Shown: positions 12,277-28,885 of the stretch, one piece after another | Layout: every line of letters starts with the position of its first letter | Numbering within the stretch: the stretch's first letter is position 1 | DNA from: Octopus sinensis | Taxonomy: Eukaryota | DNA length: 64,000 nucleotides | Direction of reading: 5' to 3' | Assembly (NCBI RefSeq): GCF_006345805.1 | Contig: NW_021835437.1 | Location: 1-64,000, forward strand | Notes under the pieces: model-generated | The model's database searches: none | Told to the model about the DNA's origin: nothing | What the model saw: only the letters and a program-made list of their open reading frames with translations | Made by a program: the position numbers and the translations under genes

Positions 12277-13744
12277 ATATATCTATTATATATTATATAT
12301 ATTATGTAATATATATATGCATATATGTGTGTATTTACCTTAGATTTATTTTAGTTTCTATCTAAGTTTTTCCGCCTTAATAAGCTTATGCTTATTTTCT
12401 GTACCTGAAGTTCTATATTTTTGTCATATATGTTGTGCGATGTTCTTTTGTGATAAAATGAATGTCTTTGTCTCTTAGGAGTAGAGAGAAAGGGAGGAGG
12501 GTTCAAAGACAGGAGAAAAGAGATAGAGAGACAAATGAAGTTATTTCGTAAACGAAATAGACAAACGAGCGAAATACAGAAATATATGGCTAGATAAGAG
12601 AAGAAGGAATTTGGATTGTTAATCTGTTTGTAGTTTTAGTTGGGTTAATGTGGTATGGTGTGAAACAACCCATAGAGATTTAACGGATCCGAAATAATTT
12701 GGTGAATGGAAATTTTACGAAACGTCAGTTTTAGGCGCAATGACGCTTCGTGTTCCAGTATTCAATTCCACGATGTAAAGTGGATGTGTTGCTAATATAT
12801 TTTTGATTAGGTCCCAGTCTAAGACAAGTGATTAAAATTCATTCAAAACTTTGCCGTCTCATTGTTTTTGTGGGTGTTTTGTATTTTCGTTTTTCACGAA
12901 TTGTATAGAGGTGTTACATCTAAAAGCATCGTGAAAATCGACAGACGGCAACATGTGTTTCACAAACATGTTTTTTTAATGATCTTGAGAACATACTTAC
13001 AAGCCTTCGTAAACAATGAGAGTGCTTCTTGGTTGCCATATTCAGATGAGATCGTTTATTCGTTTTCACTATTGTTCACCGCGCAGTCTCTAACATTTGT
13101 ACTGCGAAGAAGTAGACACGAGACCTAAGATTCCTAGCCTGCGCATAATCAGTCCCCAACTGTATGATGGTGCATACAGTATATGCCACTGCCGCATATA
13201 CAGTAGATTACTAGTAGGCAAAAAATACACCGCGATACTGTAATATATTTTTAGATGTTCTAACAATTTTTCGGCGTTTCTCTGGAGAAGCACAAGAAAG
13301 TCACTTGAGATCGCGAGATCAAGGCTAAAATGCCATGAGCTGTGTTACATTGTAAACTAGGACGGTGGTGTCGGGTGTTAGAAGATCCTGCTTGTAAATC
13401 AGCGCGAATTTTAATAGGTTCTCGAAAATCAGTGTCAAGAAAATAGGTGGTGTGTCTGCATAATACGGGATGTGTACGAGAATAATTCAACATGGAAGGA
13501 GTGTAGTGCGTGGGGAATAGTGTGAGAGGGGCATTGCGTGTTGGCATAGAGTTATGAGTGATGTGTGATGAGTGACTGGGATTAGAGTATTGTGGTGTGG
13601 AGTGAAATAGAGGAATATGGAGGAAAACTGAAGTGCAATGACAAACAGACACACTGATCGCTTCTGTCTTCCGCAGTCTGACGCTACTACAATCACACTG
13701 ACATATACCCCACATTAGACAGGTGTACATCTGCATAAAACTAC

Positions 13745-14142
13745 TGTCACCACCACCACCAGCACTACTACCATAAACTCAACCCCTACCAGTATCATAT
13801 ACCACCATCACTATCATTGTCGTCATCACTAACATCATAACAAACACCATTATCACCATGTCAACCGCTTTCACTACCACTACTACACCACGCCACCCCG
13901 CACCCACTACAGCTACAACTGAACAACCACCACCACCGCTATCATCACCACCAATACGACCACAATAACAGCCACCACTGCCATCAACTATCACCACCGC
14001 CATCACCACCATCAATACCATCACCACCACCACCAACATGCTAACAACTTTTACAGTCAACACAACCAGCTTCAACATCAATTCCACTATTATCACCACC
14101 AGGACCACCACCAACGATAACACTATTACCACCACCACCACT
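13745..14142. repeat. Degenerate (ACC/ATC/ACT)n low-complexity tract
   Basis: Read directly; it gives the Thr-rich and Val-rich pseudo-ORFs. Confidence 0.85.
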
Positions 14143-14400
14143 CTGCTTGTGCCATTCCTGTTGCGCTTTCATTCTTGCACAGAACTGTTAAACGCTAATC
14201 CAAATGTAATTGGTTCTCTGCAAAACAATAATGTAATTGCAGAAAGTAATTTCGGAAAAAGTTTTCCTAATTACGTCAACAGTTCTTAATGAAGTTTTGT
14301 AATGACATTGGGACCCTTGTGAGACAATCAAATTAATTAGTGAGAGGAAACGTTTCTTTTTCAAATATCTACACATCACCAAATCTACTGAGACTGTATA

Positions 14401-14445
<45 letters not shown>

Positions 14446-14866
14446 TATATATATATAATAGATAGATAATATATACATATTATACATATATATATATGTT
14501 TTTTATATATATATATTGTATGTGTGTATGTATATATATATACATACATATTTACAGGTATACCATATATATTTATATGTGTGTGTCTATATATGTAATA
14601 CCATATATATATATGTTTGTATATATGTGTGTGTATTAGTTGGACATGCATTCACATATGCATGTGCATACATACGTATCAGGAAGGATCCAAGTCCTCA
14701 TGCATAACATCTATAACAAATTTATGGTATAGGTGCACGCCTCATGAAACAAACCCTCACACATATGCACATATACACATATACACATATACACATATAC
14801 ACATATACACATATACACATATACACATATGTATATTAATATATAGATTTGTATATGTAGACTTAT

Positions 14867-14908
<42 letters not shown>

Positions 14909-16063
14909 CATATTTTTATATATATATTTGCGTGCGTACATTTATACATACATATATACATACATTCGTGCATACATCAATCATTATATACATATATAGA
15001 AACATGCATACACACATACCAACACGCAGCCCTACATACACACAGAAAGAAACAACCATCTCTTTTGGCCATATTGCGCACTTAGGCCTATGCTAATTAT
15101 GTAAGTAAACGTATTTCGGAAAGCAATTTTCTAATTGTGTATTTTGTATATTTATATAAAATTAAGACATGTTCACAATTCAATTTTACTTGCTATTTAC
15201 TTTACGTAAACTTGTTCATTATTTCTCACTCAAACTTGGCTATTAATATCTGGTCTATATTGCTTCACACTTTACGGTGAAAATTTACAAACTAGAAATA
15301 CATTTTCAACACCTTAGTTACTCTCCACATTTATCTGATACCTGAATAGAAAGACAGGCACAGTTGTGGGATTCAGAATTTCACTCTCAAATTACTTTAG
15401 CTTCGAATTTAGTTCCAGTTCGTGGCACCATGAGCGCGTCAGGCGTTTGGCTTTGCAACTGGGAACTAAATCATATCTTGATGTCTAGTGAGAGAATTTG
15501 GTGGACGCGAAAACATAGGCTATTTTCTTACAGTGGAAAACATTTGACAAATTCTTTATCAGTTTCAGTTACCATTCATCAGAGAGTCTGCGGAACAATA
15601 AAATGAAACTCTGAGGAGTGGCTTAACGGTTATATTTTTTCTTCTTTGGCTTTTATGAAAAATCATTTTTCCCCACCTTTTGTCATTCGTGTATCATTCT
15701 AATCAAATTGTTTTGCACCTATGACCTCACTTGTAAATATTATGTGTGTGTTTGTGTGTGTGTGTGTGTATGGGGTCTATTATATACGACTTGACAACAG
15801 TGTTTTCTTATTTCTTCTCTAGGCAAAAGATGCTGGTACAACAACCACCTGACCTATTTCACTTGTTCTTGTACATTTAAAGAATGAACTTCAGTGCGAT
15901 CGCAGAATATTTTCCTGTGTGCGAGTGTGAGTGCGAATGTAGGAACTGTTCCTCTCTGTGTGGTGCGTGCATGTGTTTGTGCTTGTTATCTATTTAAAAA
16001 TATGTGAAGTTTTTTTTTTCCAGCGTATCCGTTCTATAGAGGCTGAGAATATAAGATGATACG

Positions 16064-16300
16064 GGCGGCGAGCTGGCAGAATCGTTAGCACGCCGGGCGA
16101 AATGCTTAGCAATATTTCGTCTGCCGTTACATTCAGAGTTCAAATTCCGCCGAGGTTGACTTTGGTGTTCATCCTTTCGGATGATAGCGATGGGATAAGT
16201 TCCAGACGTAATTTCAATGTGGCGGTCGGTTCGATTGGGTCAAACCCTTTAAACTCGTGCTCTAGAATGGCAGGTGTCCCATTTCATAGTTGTGGGGAAA
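16064..16300 (+). mobile_element. SINE family B
   Basis: ggcggcgagctggcagaatcgttagcacgccgggcgaaatgcttagc...gttcaaattccgccgagg. Confidence 0.88.
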
Positions 16301-16324
16301 TGATATAACAAAAAACTATAAGCA

Positions 16325-16730
16325 TCAACCATCACCCATTAGTCAGGTACTCTTACTATGCATAGAGCTCAGCTTGCCAACACTTTCCAGTTCCGTCTCT
16401 GTTATGATGCCTTCATACAATCAACTAAGCGCGACACCAACCCATTTTTTGGTGGTCAATTTCTCTCTTCTCTTCAACAATTCCTGTGAGGATGCCCTTA
16501 GGCAGTAATATGTGGCGAATTGTATTTCAGCAGTTGATACCTTTGTAGACTTGCTTCTCAATAAGAAGTGTCTTTGGATTTTTCAGCTGCAAGATTGTTA
16601 TCCTCTCTTTCCAGCCTATCCTGCCCAATCTACGAAAGATTCATATCACATAAGCATCTGTCTCCTTCCCTGTTGTTCTGTATATTGTCCAACTTTCAGC
16701 TTCGTACAATATGTGTTATCATGTCTTATG
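16325..16730 (-). mobile_element. Decayed RTE-like LINE 3' end
   Basis: Minus-strand translation fragment GILTGIVEEKREIDHQKMGW resembles the RTE C-terminal motif ILxGxVEGKRxRGRPxxRW; many stops and frameshifts. Confidence 0.5.
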
Positions 16731-17272
16731 AGCTGTAGATTTATTTCATTCTGATAAATGCTATCGGCTTATTAATAAGCCGATAGAAATAAATAACATA
16801 TGACCATATTGCTTCTGAATAGAAAGTCTTTTTAACAGACCACACTCCAAGCCGTAATTCGTAATTTCAATATTAAAGCGGGTTTTAAACTCTCAAACAT
16901 ACTTATTTGTAGCAACAGCAGCAGCAACAGCGACAAAGGTAAGAAGGAAAAGAATATTAATATAATAAGGAAAATTCACGCACGTAAATAATAATATGAT
17001 TGCTAAAATGCCTACCAGGTAAGCAAATATTTAATTAAAACAATTTATCTCAAACGTTGGTCTTTGATTATTTTATATTTTCTGTTCTGCGTCTGGCTTG
17101 TATCAACTTTATGTTTTATAGACTGGTAGGCTTTTCAGAAAATAAGCAAGAAACATAAGAACACACACACACACACATAATATATATATATGAATATACA
17201 CTTATCCATCATATATAGATTATATTATAACGATATACGTACGAATATGTATGTATATATACATACTAGATA

Positions 17273-17319
<47 letters not shown>

Positions 17320-17403
17320 ATATATGATATACATGCATATACATATACATATATATATATAATATATATATTATATATATATATTAATTTATTATATAGA
17401 AGG

Positions 17404-17453
17404 AGCTCTACAGGACTAGAACTGTTTCATTCAAGAGAAATCTTCAGGAAGCT
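17404..17453 (-). ncRNA. Type I hammerhead ribozyme motif (inverted copy of 19420-19470)
   Basis: Reverse complement reads agcttc CTGAAGA tttctcttgaat GAAA cag ttctagtc ctg TA gagct. One base is missing from the 3' strand of stem I. Confidence 0.7.
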
Positions 17454-17968
17454 AGTTAACAAGAATTGTATTGGCATTTATACATTTAGGCAGGTTTAAA
17501 GGGGTGTTGGTGGGGGACTTTTTGGGGGTAGGCATAGCGCAAAATATCATACTTGGGGGAGTGGTCAAGGAGTCAGTGTTAAATTAGATAGAAGAATAAA
17601 TAAAAAAATAAAAAATATATAAAAATATATAAAAATATATATAAAAAAGAATAGAGTTTTAGGTAAATAAGGAGATTCTCACTTAACCTATGCACTATGT
17701 ATACATATATACACACACATACAAACATATATACATATACATACACACATACGTACACACACACATATATACATATATATACACTTACACACACATATAC
17801 ATATCTACACATACACATATATGTATACATACACACACTCACATGCATACACGTATACACACATGTTATATATACACACACGACCACACATACATATACA
17901 CACAGAAAATGTATGTATGTTGTGCGTATATTTGTATATGTATGTATGTATATGTATGTGTGTGTATG

Positions 17969-18023
<55 letters not shown>

Positions 18024-18761
18024 GTGGTGTGTGTGTGTGTGTATGTGTATGTATGTATATGTATATGCGTATGGTATTTTTGTATGTTTATGCATGCGCG
18101 TATATATATGTACGTATATGTATACGTGGTGTGGTGTATGTGTATAAATGTATGTATGTATGGATGTATGGATGTATGTAGTATGTATACGTATGTCTGT
18201 GTATGTTTGTATATGTATGTATGTGTATGTGTGTGTATATGTATATATATATATATGTATATGTGTATAGTATGTATGTCTATATATATATATATTTATT
18301 ATATATGTATGTATATATATGTGTGAATATGTATATATATGTATATTTATATATACATGTATGTATTTGTATGTAGGTGTATATGTATGTGTTGTATTTA
18401 TATTATGGTGTATATGTATAGACTAGCCTTCTAAGAGTGTAGACATGAATCTGTAGGTACGCGTACGTATGTGTATATACGTGAATGTATGTAGATGTAT
18501 GTATGTAGAATATAACGCGTGCGTGCGTGTATGTGTATGAGTGTACGAATGAGTGAGTGTACGCTAAAGAGTGTGCGTGAGTAAATGAGTGCTTGTTTTC
18601 CAGTAGACAGATAAATGGACTGGCTGTCATAGCCAAGATGTTTGTGACCAGCGATCAAAGATAACAAAAGTAATATAAATGAAGATATAAAATTAAATTA
18701 GGGAATGGGTCTGTATTTGTATGTGTATATATTGTGTATGTGTAGGTATGCATAGGTACAC

Positions 18762-18826
<65 letters not shown>

Positions 18827-19419
18827 GATATTATTGTGTGTATATGTGTATATATGTGTGTATATTGTGTATATAGGGACTAGTGTGCTGTGTGTGCATA
18901 TGTGTGTGTGGATAGTGTGTGTATGCGTGTATGTGAGTATTGTGTGTATGTGTATATATATTTTTCTGTGTGTATATGTATGTGTGGTCGTGTGTGTTAT
19001 AATACATTGTGTATACGTGTATGCATGTGAGTGTGTGTTGTATACATATATGTGTATGTGTAGATATGTATATGTATGTGTAAGTGTATATATATGTATA
19101 TATGTGTGTGTGTACGTATGTGTGTATGTATATGTATATATGTTTGTATGTGTGTGTATATATGTATACATATGTGCATAGGTATAAGTGAGAATCTCCT
19201 TATTTACCTAAAACTCTATTCCCTTTTTTATATATATTTTTATATATTTTTTAATATATTTTTTAATTTTGTTTATTTATTCTTCTATCTAATTTAACAC
19301 TGACTCCTTGACCACTCCCAAGTATGATATTTTGCGCTATGCCTACCCCCAAAAGTCCCCCACCACACTCCCTTTAAACCTGCCTAAATGTATAAATGCC
19401 AATACAATTCTTGTTAACT

Positions 19420-19470
19420 AGCTTCCTGAAGATTTCTCTTGAATGAAACAGTTCTAGTCCTGTAGAAGCT
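19420..19470 (+). ncRNA. Type I hammerhead ribozyme motif
   Basis: Stem I agcttc/gaagct (6 bp); core CTGAAGA 19426-19432; stem II ttc-tctt-gaa with a basal U.U; GAAA 19445-19448; stem III ACAG/CTGT; cleavage triplet GTA (after 19464). Confidence 0.85.
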
Positions 19471-19552
19471 CCTTCTATATAATAATTAATTTTACTCTAC
19501 TATGTATTGAGTACCTTATTTACTGTGGTTAACCCCGAATCAACCCGGGACC

Positions 19553-19599
<47 letters not shown>

Positions 19600-19699
19600 T
19601 GTGTGGTGTGTGTTGAGCGCATATTCTATGTTATTATTATTATTAGTTTTATTATTAAAATCAATATTATTGTTACTAACATCTTTATTAGTATTAATA

Positions 19700-21650
<1,951 letters not shown>

Positions 21651-22837
21651 ACACATATATATGCACGCACAAAATACACACGTGTGTATGTATAGCCATC
21701 CATCTACATAAACATATGTATGTATGTATGTATGTATGTACGTATGTATGTATGTATGTATGTATGTATGTATGTATGTATGTATATGTATGTATGTATA
21801 GCTAACTGTTTACCAAAAGATATCCTGATTCCTCTCAAATAAAAACTATGTTCCTTTCTTTATCGTCAACTAATGCCAGCTAGTACACCTGCTCGCTTCT
21901 CTTTCCATCTTTTGACAGCATATGAACTCAACAAAGCACATAGCCGCCATTTCTTCATTATACTGTTTCTTATGAATATTTAATTTCTTTTGTAAACAAA
22001 TTTACGTGTTTATATTTTAAAGAAATCTTTTTAATAATTTTGGAAATTGCAAAGCTCTCGATGCTATTCTCATTGTTAACGCTGCATAACCAACCTTAAT
22101 GGGTAAATTCACATCGGAAAGAAACACCGAAAACTTTTTTTGCCATTTTTCATTGCTTTGTTTAATAAGAAAATCAAACTGCCATTCTATTCTTCAAACT
22201 AAAATACGATGCTTATATCACGTCTAGTGATTTTGCTACGTTGGAAACTGTGAAGGGGGTGAGGGTAAACTGAAACCCAAAATGTGTATTCCTGAAAGCT
22301 TTAATGAAGGACCATTGGAAAAAATACAATTAACTGTTTGTGAGATAAACACGTTGTTAGAATCCGTCCAACTTCATAACAAGCAATACGTCATTGGCCG
22401 TGTGAAATATAGAAGTTATTTTTGTCTCACCCTGAAAACGTGACCCGTTTATATGTAAGACGTTTCACTTAATATACGTAGATAATATAATTGTTTACTT
22501 AGAGAGAAATAATATAATTTCACTAATTAAAATAAAAATGCTATACTCAAAGCTAAGATATTCTAAGAATATTTGTGAGCAAGTGTGTCTGTATTGATAT
22601 CAATCAACGCCTTTTAATGCTCATAGCATTTGAAATTTATGTCAATGGATAAAATAGTCATCTTAGTATATAACCAAAGTATATAAATGTCAATGGGTTG
22701 GATGTAAAATTATTATTATAATACACGCACACACATATACACATACACAGACACGCTCACACACGTATACACACACATACACACACTCACATACACATAG
22801 ACATAAATGCATATAGCTTTTACATATATCATACGTC

Positions 22838-22881
<44 letters not shown>

Positions 22882-23667
22882 ATATATATATATAGTATAT
22901 ATATATATATTATATTATATATTCTGTTCGGACAAGAAGTGTATTCGGTCGCCCCAATTACAATTTTGATATTCGTTTCCTTGGCACTCGTGCATTCTTT
23001 TCAAAGCAAGCCTAGAACTAAACGCAATAGACAAATGGATGGACATGTCTGGAAATTGAATTCTATTTAGTTCCAATGTTGGTCACACATATAGAGATAT
23101 AAGTAAATACATACATTTATAATATTTACATTACAAAATGATATGAGATCTTGACGTACCTACATGCGGTATGAGAGAGAGAGAGAGACATCAACGTTCA
23201 GGCAAAAATGGAATATTTTGCAATGTCTGTAACCGCATTTTCTATACAAATATTATATATATATACAGATGAAAGTTAAATAGCTATATTTTGTGGCTAG
23301 TCTATATTATCTTGTGTTTGTTTTAGTGTTGTGTAGTAATACCAACATTTCATCCATTATATGTTGCCTAGATCACTGTAGGTCACTATTTAGATTGTAT
23401 CCGTTATATACAATAGCTTTTTTCCGGTTTTTGTATTTGTTATCTGTAGTAGAGCTGTGAGATTTTGTGTAGAAGCGGCGAGATCTTGCAAGGGATTATT
23501 GTATTGCTTTTCTAACAGTTGAAGTCGTGCTGTTTGCGACACACATATTCTTAAATCAAATTTGCAAGTCACATCCTCTTACTACAATTTTGGAAACAAT
23601 CCTGTCGATTTTTACCTATTTATTGAAAATATAGTTTTAAATATCTCATTGCATATAAGTGCTTTTG

Positions 23668-23790
23668 TGAAGGCATGTGGTGTTATGGCTAGCACGGTGT
23701 TAAGCCCAAGATCACAAGGTCATGGTTTCAATTTTCAGATCGGATGAGTAAATCGATTCATTTCACGTTTTTCTAGTCCGCTGAGATGTG
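23668..23790 (+). mobile_element. SINE family C, degenerate head
   Basis: aaggcatgtgg..atggctag..ggtttcaatt..catttcacgtt..ctagtccgctgag, similar to 51597. Confidence 0.5.
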
Positions 23791-24147
23791 TGTACACACT
23801 TCAAAAGACTTTCGTCCTATTCAGTACAGATGTGACTTCGGTCCCTTATAGAAATTGAATAACTGGCACTTAGACTCTTAGGAATCGAGTGAACAATGTC
23901 CAAAGTACTTAATTTACATTTCTTTCATACTTAGGGCCTTTGTGCTATTTTATAAAACTATATTCCTGTCATTTTATTGCCGTTTGATAGCTGTTTAGCA
24001 CAAGTTTGTACAATTGCGCTAATTAATTTAGTACGATATCGTATGATAATATTAACAATGTGTAAATTTATTCTGTAGTTATTACCTACTGAAATCATAT
24101 CAGAGATTTTAAATATCGCTTGGTTATTTTGTTATTTTCATTGACAG

Positions 24148-24303
24148 AATACCTGACGTGTTGATTGCGTTGAATTTCTACGTGTAGAATTCGTTGGCTT
24201 CGTCTGGCAATTTATTTCTGTAAATGTTGATCAGTATTTGTCTAACTGAAAAGGTTTCTTTATCTTGAGCTGTATGTGTGTGGAGGAGAAACTAACTGCT
24301 TTA
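24148..24303 (+). other. Candidate non-coding exon
   Basis: Acceptor ttttgttattttcattgacag and donor gtaagt; stops in all three frames. Confidence 0.3.
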
Positions 24304-24499
24304 GTAAGTTAATACTTTTATCGTTCAAATACATTCTGTGTGTGTGGAAACATGACTGAGATTGATAGTGGATTTGGAAGTCAAGCTAAAAAAATTAAAA
24401 ATAAAATAAATAAATAAATAAATAAATAAACTAACAAACAGAATAACTCTTGCTGAAAATAAGTGTGAATATTGAAAGCAAAACTTATAATTTTTCTCG

Positions 24500-24556
<57 letters not shown>

Positions 24557-24667
24557 TGTGTGTGTGTGCGTGTGTATGTATGTATATTCCAAGTGTATAT
24601 ATCTGTGTGTGCGTGTGGGTGCGTGTGCATATATATATACATAAATATATATATACATGGTATATTC

Positions 24668-24732
<65 letters not shown>

Positions 24733-25063
24733 GCACGCGAATACATATACACATACATACACATATTTAGATATGTATACCACAAGAAATTTAAAAGTTA
24801 TGAAATTTTAATTATAGTTATGCACGGACACTTATCTATATCTGTATTTATGTATTAATGTATCTCTCTATATATGCGTGAATATGGTCACACATAGGTA
24901 GCAGATGGATACATAGATACACACATACACACATACATACATACAAATATACATACATATGAATAACCATACACACAAACAGCACACCACACAGACAAAC
25001 ATGCACACACAAACACAAACACACACGTATATATATACGCATAGGTGTATGTATATATATATA

Positions 25064-25137
<74 letters not shown>

Positions 25138-26402
25138 CCCACAAAACCAAGATCGACATTTCAGTGCATCAGTGTATCTCTGCAATGTGCAGGTGCAAAA
25201 TATAATTGCTTAACTCTGCAATACCCGCTTAAATTTAGTTGCGCTAATCTTCTGACTTGCTCGCACCTCCCCAGCCACTTTTATTACCACCACCAGCACC
25301 ACCACCCGCCAAATCCAATTCTGCGAACAATACTATTTTCAGTGCCATTGTTTTCGTGATTCCTATATTTCCTGGCTTTTATTTATTTTGGTTTCTTCTC
25401 TTCTTCTGCTTACGTTTACGGAATTTTCGTCAATTATTTATGTGCAGGAAATGGTGCGATGATTTCTTTTGTTTTTGCATTGTTTTATTATTATTATTAT
25501 TTTGTGGCTTTTTCTTTTTGTTTGTAGGTTAACCACATTAGTGTAGCAGACTCCGCTTACTTTGCTATTTCGGCAAAAGAATAATAATTCGAACTTCCTT
25601 TTACGATAGAATTCCTTTGTTATATCTCTGGAAGACGACGACGACGAAGCAGAAGAAGAAGAAGAAGAAGAAGAAGAAGAAGAAGAGAAGAAGAAGCATT
25701 ATAATGATGGCGATGAGAACAAAATACAACGCAAAACAAAATGTCTGCTCTAGTTATATTATTCTAAACGTTTCTTTTCATTCTCTTTTTATGAATGTTT
25801 CTCTGTTCACATTCGTAACATTATTTCCTATTTAATTTAGTTTTGTTTTCAATTTTTTTCCCCCAAAACAATATAGTTACTTCTTCGAAAATCGCTTATT
25901 TAGAGGTATGTGACTATTTTAAACAGAATTAAAATATTTCAGGTGTTACATATTGTGTATTTTTAGTTTTACAATTTGCAATATTCTACGAATATTATTA
26001 TTGGTGTGGCTGTTGTTGTTGTTGTTGATGTTTTGTTGTTTTTGTTGCTGCTCTTGTCTTTGTTTATGATGATGGTGTTGTTATTATTCATATTCACACA
26101 GCAGGTTAGATTGTGGAAAAGAAAATTCCTAACACCGAGCTCCAAACGATTAACCTTGGATGTAAAGGACTCTCCTAAGTATTCTAGCTCTCCTTGATAA
26201 CATTATTTTCTCTGAACTGTATTCTACTTCATCCTCTTTACTCTATTATCTGCTGATGTTGTAATAGGATAACAACTGTGATCAGTCGGCATCTTTCCTG
26301 AACGAATGTCGGGCGAGGACCCTTTCCCTTAAACGTCCAACAGCATATTTGCTGTTACACCAGAGGTTCGACGTAAATTATCGTCTCTCATAAACTGGGG
26401 TA

Positions 26403-26812
26403 AGGCAGGAGTTGCTATGTGGTAAGTAGCTTCCTTACCAACCACATGGTTCTAGGTTCATTCCCACTGCGTGGCACCAGGGCAAGTTTTTTCTACTATA
26501 GCCTCGGGCCGACCAAAGACTTGTGAGTGGATTTTGTAGGCGGAACCTGAAGGAAGCCCGTCGTATGTATGTATATACGTGTGTGTGTTTGTATGTGTGC
26601 GTGTGTTTATGTGTTTGTGTTTGTCCCCCCAATATCGCTTGACAACCGATAGTGGTGCGTTTACGTCCCCGTAACTTAGCGGTTCGGCAGAATAGCCCGA
26701 TAGAATAAGAACTAGGCTTACAAAGAATAAGTCCTGGAGTCGATTTGCTCGACTAAATGCAGTGCTCCAGCATGGCCGCAGTCAAATGACTGAAGCAAGT
26801 AAATTTGAAAGA
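26403..26812 (+). mobile_element. SINE family A, full length with internal (TG)n linker
   Basis: tRNA-like head, gaagcccgtcgta, (TG)n, then the 3' half ending gtcaaatgactgaagcaagtaaa. Confidence 0.93.
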
Positions 26813-27062
26813 GTAACGGTCATCAGCATCATCACCACATATTATTATATTATTATTATTATTATTATTATATTATCATTATTATCATATATCATCATTA
26901 TCATCATATCATTATTATTATCATTATTATTATATTATTATTATTATATTATTATCATTCATCATTATTATTATTATTATCATCATTATTATTATTATAT
27001 TATTATCATTATATATTATTATTATTCATATTACTATTATTATTATTATTGCTATTATTATT

Positions 27063-27181
27063 AAGGCAGCGAGGTGGGAGAATCGTTAGCACACCGAAGA
27101 AGATGCTTAGCAGTATACTGTGAGCATTCATATTCTAAGTTCAAATTCCGCCCTGGTCGAAATTGCCTTTCATCTTTTTGA
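27063..27181 (+). mobile_element. SINE family B, 5' part
   Basis: aaggcagcgaggtgggagaatcgttagcacacc...gttcaaattccgcc...gcctttcatc. Confidence 0.8.
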
Positions 27182-27412
27182 ATCTTCTGTATGCCGTATC
27201 CATCCGAAATATAAAATATTTATAAGATTGTGCCCGGCTATGATTTGTTTTCTCTGTGTATTTGTGTGTATTTGTTTGCGGGCGCGGGTGTACCTGCTTT
27301 GTTTCTGTATTGATTTTTCAGTGGGAGGGAGTTTGCATATTGGATCCTTCAATTTGAAAATCTTCAAAGATAATTTCAAAGGTCTACTTGGCAACATCAG
27401 TACATACATATA

Positions 27413-27457
<45 letters not shown>

Positions 27458-28056
27458 ACATTGCGAAGTATATTATTATGTAGGAAGATAAACATGTATC
27501 TAGATTAAATATTCAAATTTCTGTTGCAATTCTGCGACTACTGCCCGACCTACGTTTACAATAAATATTCGTACATTTAAAATCCAAACACTCAAAGGAA
27601 TACTTGCTTGAGCTTCATATATCTAAATGATTATCGATTATATATTAATATATATCTATAATCATGGGGTCAATAGCAACAAAGAATAGATCAGTTCCTT
27701 TTTCGGAGTGGTTAAAAATACTTCGTTTAGTTTCGTATATCTAATCGAATGGTCGATATATGATCATGAGGCCAGCAGGAACAAAGGATACGATCCTTTT
27801 CTTTTAAGGATTGCTTTTAATCTAAGGTAACTGAACTTTGTCACTAACGATAGACAGGTCCTCAATAAAAAAGAACGAATAATGTCTTTATCATCGCATT
27901 CCATGTCAGAACTGACTCAATAACAAACACACACACCACAAAAATACATGTGACATGAAGCTCTTATTCAATTTTCTGCCAGCGGTTTTATATGCCATAT
28001 AATATTATATATATACATACACACACATACACCATATATACATATATATATATATA

Positions 28057-28116
<60 letters not shown>

Positions 28117-28286
28117 TACAAGATATATATATATATATATTTCTGCATATATATACTATAAATACTTACACACACACGCACGCACACAAACACATGCACA
28201 GAAATATCTATCTTATATATATGTGTGGTGTGTGTGTGTATGTATATATATATATATATTATATATATACGTATACAATACATATA

Positions 28287-28443
28287 TACGACGGGTTCTT
28301 TCAGTTTCCGTCTACCAAATCAATCACAAGGCTTGGGTCGGCCCGAGGCTATAGTAGAAGACACTTGCCCAAGGTGCCACGCAGTGGGACTGAATCCGGA
28401 ACCATGTGGTTGGTAAGCAAGCTACTTAGCACACAGCCACTCC
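28287..28443 (-). mobile_element. SINE family A, 5' half, little diverged
   Basis: Close reverse-complement match to 57004-57158. Confidence 0.93.
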
Positions 28444-28562
28444 ATACATATATATACTAGTTTGAGGAAAAAGTTCGTGCCCTGTGTTAAAATGATGAAC
28501 TCAATGAACACACACACCACAAAATGCATTATTTTAACACGGCGTACGAACTTTTTCCTCCA

Positions 28563-28600
<38 letters not shown>

Positions 28601-28842
28601 TTTCAAATCTTTTACTTGTTGCGGCCATTGGGTTGATCCCAAACTGTGGCACCATCTTGAGTGTTCGGTTTTATCGAATCAAATCGTGTCTCGTACTTAT
28701 TCCTTTCTTTTTCCTTGTCAAGATTGATAGGTAGAAAGATATCGAAAGACAGAAAGAGAGATATCGAAAGAAAGAGGCAAAATCATACTATATATATACA
28801 CCTTTGCGTGTGTGTGTGTATGTGCGTGTGTGTGTGTGTGTA

Positions 28843-28885
<43 letters not shown>

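Larger units (their letters stand above)
17384..19555. mobile_element. Large inverted repeat (~525-bp arms) resembling a PLE insertion with an inverted pseudo-LTR and a 3' tail
   Basis: Arms are 17384-17909 and 18962-19489, each carrying an HHR motif. The right arm continues into a ~65-nt unpaired tail (19490-19555). (TA)n lies on both flanks. Confidence 0.75.

Noticed and set aside
13130-13730. Possible very old CR1/L2 remnant (similar weak traces at 32240-32400 and 35200-35490)
   Set aside because: Similarity is too faint to support without a profile search.
13779-14289. Thr-rich mucin-like or Val-rich ORFs (also 43054-43302)
   Set aside because: These are degenerate trinucleotide tracts without convincing splice or start context.
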